Under the pieces are notes generated by a model. The model was not told the DNA's origin and ran no database searches. It was given only the letters and a program-made list of their open reading frames with translations. A DNA stretch of 64,000 bases. Source: Octopus sinensis (taxonomy: Eukaryota). A program made the position numbers and the translations under genes. This document shows positions 37,523 to 49,303 of the stretch, in pieces (within the stretch, counting starts at the first letter, position 1; each line of letters opens with the position of its first letter). The stretch covers positions 24,428,001 through 24,492,000 of the forward strand of contig NC_043022.1 in the NCBI RefSeq assembly GCF_006345805.1. The letters are read 5' to 3'.

Positions 37523-37627
37523 TTAACTCTTTAGCATTTAAACTGGCTTCTTATATCAAGCACAAATATTCTACCTGCTTTATGTTCAAACAGGCCAGGT
37601 TCAGCCTCTTACACCTGCCCTACAATA
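37523..37627 (-). mobile_element. Family E MITE, one end only
   Basis: 'ttaactctttagcatttaaactgg...gttcaaacaggccagg'. Confidence 0.7.
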
Positions 37628-37639
37628 ATAATAATAATA

Positions 37640-37980
37640 GTCGTTGTCGTTTAACGTCCGCTTTCCATGCTACCATGGGTTGGACGGTTCAACTGGGGTC
37701 TGGGAAGCCAGGAGGTTGCACCAGGCCCAGTCTGATCTGGCAGTGTTTCTACAGCTGGAGATGGGATGCCCTTCCTAACGCCAACCACTCCGTGAGTGTA
37801 GTGGGTGCTTTTTACGTGCCAGACGAGGCTGGCAACGGCCACGATCGGATGGTGCTTTTTACGTGCCACCGGCATGGAGGCCAGTTGGGATGGCGCTGGC
37901 AACGGCCACGTCCGGATGGTTCTCTTACGTGCCACCGGCACTGGTATCACAGCTACAAATTCCATTGATGTTGATGGGAC
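37640..37980 (-). mobile_element. Family D retroposon
   Basis: D core plus three internal subrepeats. Confidence 0.88.
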
Positions 37981-38159
37981 AAAGTTCTGAAGGCCAATCT
38001 CAGAACATTGAGCCTTAGGAAGGAGATGACAAAGGAACAGGATATGTGGCACCATTGCTGTACTCAAGAAGACCTGCCCACCACAACAGAATTGTGATCC
38101 TAAAAACAAGGCACCACATAAAATGCATTGGTGTGGGTGCTGGTGCTGATACTGTTGTA

Positions 38160-38193
<34 letters not shown>

Positions 38194-39474
38194 GCTTCTT
38201 CCAGTTTCCATCTACAATAGAGACTGATAGAATTAGGTACCAGGCTTAAAAAAATAAGTAGACAGGGAGGGGGAAGATTCATTCAACTGAAAATTTTTCA
38301 TGGTCGAAGCCTAATGGCAGAAAAAAACTAAAAGATAAACTATATGAATTCAAACCTTCTGTCATAATTTTATGTAAGAATACTGTATTTAAGCTATGTT
38401 CCAAACACATGACCTACTAATAAAAATTTAGTTGTTTCCTTTTTCGTTTTTTTTTTTTTTTTTAACTAAATTCCTCCAAACTCTTGATTATTTTGGAAAT
38501 TAATTGGAACACATAGGCTGTGTAATTTCATTAGAGAGAGAGAGAAAGAGAGAGGGGTTTTGATGGATAGAAGAGTGACTGACTAAAGCTGGGGATAGAA
38601 GTGGGGAGTAGGAGGAGATGATATTTTAATAAAGAGGAATGACACACTTGCATGGTGCTGTTTTGTAGAGTATAAAAAACACAAACTGTGCATTGACTGG
38701 TCAAAATGTCAACAGTGGGGTTTTAGGGAATGACAAGGGAAGTAGGATATGTTTGAGGTCAATATGGTAAAGGGTAAAAACAGAAGTAGAGTTGGTAGGA
38801 GAGGGTGGTGGTTGCTATGGGAGTGATGTGGTAGTTGTAGGGAAAACATTGGGGGTGAGGAGCAATGGGGGTGTGTTTGTTGTGGTGGTTGTATAGAGGA
38901 GTGTTGAAATAGGGGAAAGAAGGAGTAATGTGACTGGTAGGTAGAGAGGGGATGCGCTGAAAGGGGAAGGCTGAAGAATGAAATATTACAGTGGGGGGAG
39001 GAGAGGAGAGCAAGTCTGGTTGGTTAGATGGATGGATGGATAGCTAAGAGAAAGAAAGAGATGGAGCTGTAAAGGGGATGGTGGCGGGGAGAAGAGCTGA
39101 TAGTGGTGTTGTGAAGGCGGGAGTAGTGTGGGACAGCAGACCCAGCAAAGAAAGGGAGAGTGATGGTGGTGAGGATGGAAGATGAAGGGTGACAAACAGA
39201 CAGAGGTATATGTTCCCTAGAAAGTGAGAAAATGGTGTTGGAAGCCAAGAAGATATATCACCCAGCAGCAGGGCCATGAAAAAAAAAATCTAGATTAAGG
39301 AGTAGAGGGGGGAGGGGGGAGATGTTGGCAGCAAGTAAAGGATTACAGAAGGAATTAGATTACAACTAAATAGCCCCCTTATAAGTAGATATTTTAAGTT
39401 AGTGTTAACATGTTTCATACAGCAAGCATTAAAAAGCCAACTAAGAATTATTATGTAGTATATAAAATTTTAAT

Positions 39475-39521
39475 TACTTCCCGACATGTTTCAGCTATAT
39501 TAGAAGCTCATCAGAGAAGCA
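39475..39521 (-). ncRNA. Minimal type I hammerhead ribozyme motif (Penelope-type)
   Basis: tgcttct-CTGATGA-gct tctaatat agc t-GAA-ACATGT-C-gggaagta. Intact core, GUC triplet and palindromic ACAUGU helix III. Stem I pairs with one bulge; stem II has one extra base. Confidence 0.65.
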
Positions 39522-39914
39522 TAAATTTCATTTCACCTTGCTTGGTGAATTAGTGATGATAGCACTTGGTGAATTAGTGATGATAGCACAATCATTAAGT
39601 AATTAAACATTGGTTCCTATTGAAAAATAGGTTTAGGTGAGGAAATCTCATTAAAAAAAAAAAAAAAGAGAGACAAAAATCTACTAATATTTTTTCTACA
39701 GGGAATGCACTTTTCATCCTCCTCTTCATCAACATCATCAGCGACATCAATGAGCTTCATTTAACAGCTGCCTTTTTCATGCAAGCATGTGTTGGATGAG
39801 AATTGCTGAGACAGTATTCTTATAGAACTGATGCTCTTTCAACCATCATGTTCGACTTGTTTCCAGTAAACTACTTTAATCCACACCATCGCAGTGTCAA
39901 ACATCCAAGCTTTT

Positions 39915-40315
39915 TCTCTTTTGCTTGTTTCAGTCGTTTGACTGTGGCCATGCTGGAGCACCGCCTTTAGTCGAGCAAATCGATCTCAGGACTTGTTCTT
40001 TGTAAGCCTAGTACTTATTTTATTGGTCTCTTTTGCCAAACCGCTAAGTTACGGAGACGTAAACACACCAGCATCGGTTGTCAAGCGATGTTCGGGAGAC
40101 AAACACAGACACACAAACATATACACACACATACATATATATATACATATATACGACGGGCTCCTTCCAGTTTCCCTCTACCAAATCCACTCACAAGGCT
40201 TTGGTCGGCCTGAGGCTATAGTAGAAGACACTTGCCAAGGTGCCACGCAGTGGGACTGAAGCCGGAACCATGTAGTTGGTAAGCAAGCTACTTACCACAC
40301 AGCCACTCCTACGCC
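39915..40315 (-). mobile_element. Family A SINE, full length, young
   Basis: Near-identical to 31168-31582. Confidence 0.92.
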
Positions 40316-40904
40316 TAAGCTTCAAAGCAATTTTTTATGTTGGGCATAAATATGTCCTAATTGCCCAAGTAGTGTGAATGTGTAGACATGCAAAGACAAA
40401 AACATACACAAGCAAACACACACATTCAATAGGCTTCAGAACAGTTGCCATCCACCAAATTTCACCAACAAGGAATAGGCCAAAATCAAGGCTATGTTTG
40501 AAGGTGCTACACTGCTCAAGGTGCTTCAAAGTGGAATTGAACCTGACACCATGTGGTCGGGCAGCAAAGCAAACTTCTTAACCACACAGCCATTTCTGCA
40601 CCCCTTTTACACTTATGTATTTAAAATTGTAGTTTAATATTTTCAGATTTCTTTAACAAAATTCCATGGGATTAAAATAGATGTAAAAATGTAAAAATAA
40701 AAGACGAGCAGAATTAAATATCAAAAAGAAGAAAAAAAATTCCAAATTCCACTAGAATAAAAGAGATATAAAAATCCTTTTTTGAAAAGTTTGATAGAAT
40801 TAACAGCTTCTAATATACAATCACAGGAGGTGCTTCAAAAGTTATCTAATTCAATTTAATTAAGCAGAAATAAACAACTTCAACACACACACACCAATAT
40901 ACCA

Positions 40905-40973
<69 letters not shown>

Positions 40974-41042
40974 CATATGTATATATGTATATATATGTGT
41001 GTTATATATATATTATATATATATATGTATATATATGTGTAT

Positions 41043-41131
<89 letters not shown>

Positions 41132-41418
41132 TATAAGAAAATTCTTTAAAGAATATAAAATGAAAAATAAAGCAGTCTTCTTTGAAATGTTGAATCTTAA
41201 CATCACACAGCATGTAACACGACTTAGATGTGAGAGAGAGAGGGTGGTGGGGGATGGAAGTTGGGGAGGGGGAGGAAAGTGTGTACATGTGTGTGGGGAG
41301 GGGGAGAGAGAGAAAGAGAGAGAGAGAGAAAGAGAGAGAGAGTAATGACTGTTCTTTTTGTATGTTACAATAAATTACAAAAGAGATTTCAGTAGGGAGA
41401 ACAAAAGGAATAACGATG

Positions 41419-41464
<46 letters not shown>

Positions 41465-41931
41465 TAATAATGGTGGTGATAATGAGGAGGAGGGAGAAAA
41501 AGAATGGGAAGAAGAAGAGGAGGAATGTGTTAACTATCAGAAAAGAAAATAGAAGAAATCATTAGTGGAATTGCACAAGAAATTCCAAATTAAGATCAAG
41601 AAATAAAATGAATGAGCTTTTACAAACCTAACCTAAAATAAAATAAAATTAAAATCTGAATTAAAAATAAATAAAATTAAAACAAAGGATGGAAAGAAAG
41701 AAGAAAAAAACACCCCAAAGAATGAAACAACAACAACAACAATAACAACAATAATAACAAATTGGAAAGTAAAATGAATTTAAAGATTAAATTTAAAGAA
41801 CTGTCAAAAGATTTGCTTGCTTCTGAAGAGAATTGCTTTAAAACAAAGCAGAATTAAAGACACAAGCTTGCTGCCTTTGTGTTAGCAGAAGAAATTATAG
41901 AAATAGAATTTGTTTCATGATAACAGCACAA

Positions 41932-41932
41932 C

Positions 41933-42010
<78 letters not shown>
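41932..42010. repeat. Perfect (AAT)n tract
   Basis: Read directly. Confidence 0.95.
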
Positions 42011-42013
<3 letters not shown>

Positions 42014-42759
42014 CAACGATGATGCTTATGACAAACGAAAGCCGGTATCTAATTTACAAGCTCGTTATTTCGTTTACAGAATTTGTTGTTGTTTTCTGTT
42101 GTTTCGCTGTAGTTTTTGTTATATTTTCTCTTGTTTGTTTTATTTTATTTTATTTTTGTTTTTGTTTTTGTTTTTGTTACTGTTATATAACAAATTAAAT
42201 TTTAACAAAATATATTTGTAAAATGTGTATTAAAAGAAACGGGAGGAAAATTATTTGCGTGAAAATCTGCTCAAGTTTGAAAACAAAACATTTAGTAACT
42301 AACCTAACGTACAACCGAGAAGAAAAAGGGAGAAAGATGGAGAGGAGGGGGAACGAAACTGAGAAGTAAAAAAAAAAACAAAGAAAAACAAAAAAAAACC
42401 CCAGAAAAACGGCAGCAAGCAACTAGTTGAGTGTTTCTAATGAGTAGCAAGAAAATAAAAGATAACTAAACGTTCGTTATAGGATCGACTCATTAAATCA
42501 TCTTAGCCTCTTGCTAATAATTCATGCTACTTTCTCATGGTGAGATTTCGCTCTTCTTAATGGCAGAACAAGAAAAAGAAACAAAAACTACAAAAGACAT
42601 CAAGGAAGGAAGGAAGGATGGATGGATGGATGGATTTGGGTGGGTGTTTGGGTGGGGCACGGGAGACCAGAACAGGAAAAAAATAATACAAGACCAGGCT
42701 AAATTTTACGCATCAACAAATTAAAAAAGAACTGGCGACAATATTGATATTTAATTATT

Positions 42760-42930
42760 CTTTCTTATAGGCACAAAGCCTGAAATTTTTGGTGGGGAGT
42801 GGGTTAGTCCCAATTACATCAACCCCCACAACGTCACTGGTACTTATTCTATTGACCCTCAAAGGATGAAAGGTAAAGTCGGCCATGGCAGAATTTGAGC
42901 TCAGAATATAAAACCAGGAGAGATGCAACT
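42760..42930 (-). mobile_element. Family C SINE, tail type 2, head truncated
   Basis: 'ttataggcacaaagcctgaaatttt...aaaggatgaaaggtaaagtc'. Confidence 0.75.
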
Positions 42931-42944
42931 AAGTATAGGCACAG

Positions 42945-43096
42945 GCATAGCCATGTGGTAAGAAGCTTGTTTCCCAAACACATGGTTCTGGGTTTAGTCT
43001 CAATGTGTGGACCCCTTCGGCAAGTGTCTACTACAATAGCCTTGGGTCGGCCAAAGCCTCGTGAGTGGATTTGGTGGAGAGAAACTAAAAGAAACA
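42945..43096 (+). mobile_element. Family A SINE head, interrupted by family C
   Basis: A head to 'gaaactaaaagaaac'. Confidence 0.75.
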
Positions 43097-43572
43097 AGGC
43101 GAAGAGCTGGCAGAAACGTTAGCATGCCAAGCGAAATGTTTAGCGGTATTTCGTCTACCATTACGTTGTGAGTTCAAATTCCACCGAGGTCGACTTTGCC
43201 TTTCATCCTTTCGGGGTCGATAAATTAGTTACCAGTTACGCACTGGGGTCGATGTAATCGACTTAATATCTATGTCTGTCCTTGTTTGTCCCTTCTATGT
43301 TTAGCCCCTTGTGGGTAATAAAGAAATAGGTATTTCGTCTACCATTACGTTGTGAGTTCAAATTCCGCCGAGGACGACTTTACCTTTCATCCTTTCAGGG
43401 TCGATAAATTAAGTACCAGTTACGCACTGGGGTCGATGTAATCGACTTAATACCTACGTCTGTCCTTGTTTGTCCCTTCTATCTTTAGCCCCATGTGTGT
43501 AATAAAGAAATAGGTATTTCGTCTGCCGTTACGTTGTGAGTTCAAATTCTGCCGAGGTCAACTTTGTCTTTC
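43097..43572 (+). mobile_element. Family C SINE with a 184-bp head-to-tail tandem duplication (~2.3 units)
   Basis: 'ggtatttcgtct' recurs at 43145, 43329 and 43513. Confidence 0.92.
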
Positions 43573-44005
43573 AGCAATTTTACCTGTCTTGGAGGATCTG
43601 CAAGAGTCTTGGGCTCCGCCCTCAAAAACTCAGCAATAAAAGAAGAAAAAAAGCCAAACCAAGCCCAATTTGAATCTTAAAATGAAGAGCTCAATTAAGA
43701 AACTAGGTGAAATATTCATCTTTCCTCTGTGGTGATTGTTTATGGAAAGAGTGAGTGAGCTAGCTTATATTCAAAATCACTTATGTGCAGAACTTGCACA
43801 TAACTAACCACTCATCTGCTTATACACAGTAGACAGAGCTAATGTCTTTCACTTCCTCAACCACCAAATACTATCCTAAGTTTTCCCTTGAATAGCTTAG
43901 CAGATTATTCCAGCATTCCTCAGCCAAGATGACAATTACTATAAAGTGAAATATATATTATACACACTCACACAAGCATTTATGTGTGTGTTTGTGTCTA
44001 TGTAA

Positions 44006-44059
<54 letters not shown>

Positions 44060-44673
44060 AAGAGAGAAAGAGCGTAAATAAATGGGTGAGTGTGAGACAG
44101 AGAGAGAAAGAGAGGGTGTATATAAATGGGTGAGTGTGTGTGTGAGAGAGAGACAGACAGAGAGACACAGACAAACTGAGAAGGAGAGCGAGTGAATGAA
44201 TGTGGGTGTGTGTGTGTGTGTGTGTGTGTGACAGATGGCATTTTGGGACTTGTTTATCATCTGGGAATGCTTTCAATCATAAACCCTTCTTCATCAGGGT
44301 ACATCTGAGCGTAAACAATAGCAACAACACTATATACATACTACTCAATCAAAACAGAAATCAATAATGAAGTCTTGCCTCAGTTATTCCAAAATATAAA
44401 ATATATCTTTTATCTTTTACTTGTTTCAGTCATTGGACTGTAACCATGGTGGGGCACCACCTTGAAGGGTTTTAGAACAAATGGACCCCAGTACATATTT
44501 CATTTTTACTGCCATACTGTAAAGGTACAGAGAGAGATTCCCCTCCTTTCCCAAAAATATATAGTCTATATATGATGGGAAAACTGTGTGTGTGTGTGTG
44601 TGTGCATGCGTGTAATGGTGCCCCAGCATGGCCGCAACTTCAAGGCTGAAACATATGAAAGAATAAAAGTGTG

Positions 44674-44759
<86 letters not shown>

Positions 44760-44761
<2 letters not shown>

Positions 44762-45100
44762 GCACAGGTGTGGCTGTGTGGTAAGGAACTTGCTTCCCAA
44801 CCATGTGGTTCTGGGTTCAGTCCTATTACGTGGAACTTTGGGCAAGTGTCTTCTATTATAGCCTTGGGTTAACAAAGACTTGTGAGTAGATTTGGTAGAC
44901 AGAAACTGAAAGAAGCCCATCATATGTGTGTGTTTGTCCCCCACCACTTTTTGACAACCGGTGTTGGTGTGTTTACATCCCCATAATTTACCAGTTTGAT
45001 AAAAAGAGACCAACAGTACGGGTTGATTCATTCGACTAAAATTTTTTCAAGGCAGTGCCCCAGCATGGCCGTAGTCGAACGACTGAAACAGATGAAAGAT
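44760..45100 (+). mobile_element. Family A SINE, full length
   Basis: Collinear from head to tail. Confidence 0.85.
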
Positions 45101-45573
45101 ATATGTACACAAACAAATTGGCCTGGGTTTACAAAAGAATTTACCAAAACCAAAATAGCAGTGAATATTAAGAGCCACAAACGTGAGGCAGACGGGAGAG
45201 GGAGGGGGTGGGGGGAGAGCAAACATATTTTCTGGTTTAGTGAAAGAACTGTGTAGTAAAGCTTGTATGAAGCGAAATTGATTGGTTAAAAGCTCCGGAG
45301 TTTGGAGAGCAGCCAACAATGATGGAGAACGAGGAAATGAAACAAAGACAATAGGATAAATCAATAGAGACAATAATTGCAACACGGCTGAATGAAATAT
45401 TTATAAAACTTTGTAAACCGTTCGACGTCGATGCCGGTTCGTACAGAGTAAAATGCCAAATGACACAGAAGCTAATGAAGTCCTTTGTAGAAATCATTTT
45501 GTCATCTGGCACCAGTCTCAAGACCTCAGACCAATTTTCATAAAGGTTATTCAGATCAATCACTATTGAAAGT

Positions 45574-45810
45574 GTGGAGGCACAATGGCCCAGTGGTTAG
45601 GGCAGCGGACTCGCGGTCGTAGGATGGCGGTTTCGATTCCCAGACCGGGCGCTGTGAGTGTTTATTGAGCGAAAACACCCAAAAGCTCCACGAGGCTCCG
45701 GCAGGTGATCCCTGATGTACTCTTTCACCACTCTTTCTTCTGTTGGCCTGCTCGCATCATTCGAAGGCTAAAACAATGCGAACGCATTGTGACCAGCGAT
45801 GTGTAACATG
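45574..45810 (+). mobile_element. Family B SINE, tail type 1, with internal deletions and a 15-bp TSD
   Basis: TSD atcactattgaaagt at 45559-45573 and 45811-45825. Confidence 0.93.
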
Positions 45811-46590
45811 ATCACTATTGAAAGTACTCTGAGTAGACACAAGGTTGGCTTTGTATCCTGGGAGCACTTCGCAATTCATATCTTGATAGCTGTGTAACTA
45901 ACACACACACACACATACACACAGGTTCATGGCACTGATGTCACATACAGGAATGAGAGAGCGGGAGAGAGACAGAGACACACAGAGAAAGAACACTACT
46001 GGTAACATGTAAGCCCTGTACAAGCAGTTGCATGGTTGAGTCATCAGCAACTAAAATGGCAACCCCACTCACCCATTAATCTTGCTTGGGGAGGAGGGTG
46101 ATTTTTTTTTTTTTTTAGACACCTTGGAGAATAAAAAACAAAGACTGAATAAAAATAGTTGATGAACTCAAGGGAGTCAATGGCCATCCAACAATGAGCA
46201 TATATGCATAACACATATGTGCATTTAAATGCATACGCAAATTGACGTGGGAGGATATTGTTACTTGAAACTTGCAGTGTTTTAATTTTGTTCCTGTTTT
46301 CTTTTTTTTTTGTTTGTTTGTTTTTCTCTTTTTCCTGTGACTTCTTTTAAAGGTTTCACACACATTTAGAGACTATAAAAGCATGTACCACATAAAAGTT
46401 TGTTGCTCTAACGTAGTGGTTCTCAACATTTTTTTGTCAATAGAACCCCTTTGATTTCTATTTTACTCAAGTGGAACCCTGTACCAATTTGATGTTTAAA
46501 ATCCCATTATGTTTTTATGATTGAATATTATATTCAATCATAAACTGTATATATATAAAAAAAAAAATTGTTAAAATAGTTTGTATATAT

Positions 46591-47035
46591 AGGTGTAGGA
46601 GTGGCTGTGTGGTAAGTATCTTGCTTACCAGCCACATGGTTCCGGGTTCAGTCCCACTGTGTGGCACCTTGGGCAAGTGTCTTCTACTATAGCCTCGGGC
46701 TGACCAAAGCCTTGTGAGTGGATTTGGTCAACGGAAACTGAAAGAAGCCCGTCGTATATATTTGTGTGTATATATATATATATTATATATATATATATAT
46801 ATATGTGTGCGTGTGCGTATATGTTTGTGTGTCTGTGTTTGTCCCCCAACATCGCTTGATAACCGATGCTGGTGTCTTTATGTCCCCATAACTTAGCAGT
46901 TCAGCAAAAGAGACTGACAGAATAAGTACTAGGCTTACAAAGAATAAGTCCTGCAGTCGATTTGCTCGACTAAGGGCGGTGCTCCAGCATAGCCACAGTC
47001 AAATGACTGAAAGAGGAAAAGAGAAAAGAGGAAAG
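46591..47035 (+). mobile_element. Family A SINE, full length, young
   Basis: Near-identical to 6443-6846. Confidence 0.92.
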
Positions 47036-47104
47036 GAGAGCAAGCAGAGGCCATAGTCAACAGCAAGTCCTCAGCCACGATGCATGCATCTTTAATGTTT
47101 TACC

Positions 47105-47450
47105 CTTAATTTATTTCCGTTATTGGACTGCAGACATGGTGGGGTACCACCACGAAGAGTTTAATCAAAATTGACCCCAGTACTTATTTTTTAAGCCTGA
47201 TGCTTATTCTATCAGTCTCTTTTACCAAACCACTATGTCACAGGGATGTAAACAAACCAACAGCGACTGCCCAGGAATCGTGGAGCACAAACATAAACAC
47301 ACATGCATATATGACAGACATCCTTCAGTTTCTGGCTACCAAATCCACTCAAGGTATTTGGTTGGCCAGAGGCTATAGTAATAGCCCAAAGTGTCACTCG
47401 GTGGAGCTGAAGCCAAGGCCACATGGTTCGAAAGTAAGTCTGTTACCCAC
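47105..47450 (-). mobile_element. Family A SINE, diverged, inverted relative to 46591-47035
   Basis: Reverse collinear tail, body and head. Confidence 0.75.
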
Positions 47451-47537
47451 ATACCCAAAGCTGACCCTAGTAGGGTTTGAACAGTAAACTAGAACAAATA
47501 CCTTTCTAACAACTGTACTAACCCCTTGCCTTCTTAA

Positions 47538-47758
47538 CCCTTTAATTACTGTATTTATTTTGAGATGCTCTGTGTTTCTTTCAATTATTTTAAATATAAC
47601 AAAGAATTCAGTAAATTAACTTTGTTATCATTAAGCTAGTGTTAGTAACATAAATTTTATCTAAGATTTGGTGGAAGATTTGAATTCAAAACTTATGAAA
47701 ACAAGACATTTATACTAAAGAGCCAGAGCCGGTTTCAGTCGGGTTGGTAACAAAAGGA
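47538..47758 (-). mobile_element. Family F MITE
   Basis: ttaa|ccctttaattactg ... gtaacaaaagga|ttaa; TTAA at 47534-47537 and 47759-47762. Confidence 0.88.
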
Positions 47759-48239
47759 TTAATATGATTATTTTCCTTGGATGTTTATGTTTAACTAAGG
47801 ACACAGGAAATATTCCGAGATAATTATTCCGAGATAATTTAACAGGATTTTTATGCTTGTCTGTTTAGAATTATCTTTAATTTAATACTCCAAACTGTTG
47901 AAGGAATATTAATGACAAACTGATAGACACTTATGTTTAGTGCCATATCTGATGGAGGGGAACAACCTTACCTCCCCTAAAAGCAACAGATTATCTCCAT
48001 TCAATAAAAGTGAAGAAAACCAGTTTTAAACAGTTGGAAGCATATATTATAATACAACATACAACTGTTTATTTTACAGACCACACAGTGAAAAAGCACA
48101 GAGACTTTATGTAGTCTGTATCCATACATTTTTTCCATATAAATTTTATGTGTATGTGTTAGTGTACGTGTGTGTGTAGCACATGTAACCAAACATATCT
48201 ATGTTCACTTTGTAACCATGTGATTCTGGTTTTGGTATC

Positions 48240-48379
48240 ACTGTGTGTCACCTACAGTCTCAGGCCAAGTAAACTCTCCCTTGTGAGTGAATTTAGTAGA
48301 TGGAAACTGTAGAAAGCCTGTTATATGTATGTGTGTATATATGTGTGTGTGTATGTATGTGCGTGTGTATGTGTGTGTG

Positions 48380-48429
<50 letters not shown>

Positions 48430-48665
48430 CACACACACACACATATATATATATACATGCGTATCTCTGTGAATGTGTTTGTTTTGCACCCACTGCTTTA
48501 TAACCACTGTTGGTTTGTTTACATCCCTGTAAACTTAGTGTTTTGTCAAAAAAGAGACAGATAATTACCGGAATTAAACTAATAAGCACTGAGGCCACAC
48601 TAAAACCTTTCAAGGTAGTCCCCCAACATGCCTGCAGCCCAATTAATTAAACAACCAAAACAAGA
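48240..48665 (+). mobile_element. Family A SINE, diverged, long internal microsatellite
   Basis: Collinear blocks on both sides of (GT/AT)n. Confidence 0.7.
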
Positions 48666-48702
48666 AATTACATTATATACATATATTATGTGTGTGTGTG
48701 GG

Positions 48703-48771
<69 letters not shown>

Positions 48772-48918
48772 TTATATATATAATATATATATATATATTT
48801 ATATATATATATATAAAACATACACAGATGTACACATACTATCCATATTGTTGAGTGTGTGTGTGTGTATATATACACACACATTATATATATATTTGCA
48901 TATATATTATATACACAT

Positions 48919-48950
<32 letters not shown>

Positions 48951-49220
48951 ATCACAAACACTCACATACATTACACACACGTTATTAAATTATCTAAATA
49001 TATGTAACAACACATGTATTTATGTATGTGTGTATAACACAAGCATATAACATATGCATAACACGAATATATGTATGTATGTATGTAGTTACACAAACCA
49101 ATCTCAAAGCTAATAAACATAGAAGGGCTATAATAATAAACAGATAGAATGGTAGCACAACACTATTTCTGTTACCACATATGCAATCTCCAACATCACT
49201 GCCACTACCACTACCTACCA

Positions 49221-49303
<83 letters not shown>

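Noticed and set aside
44270-44300. CTGATGA...GAAAG on the minus strand
   Set aside because: No stem I and only a marginal stem II; chance match.
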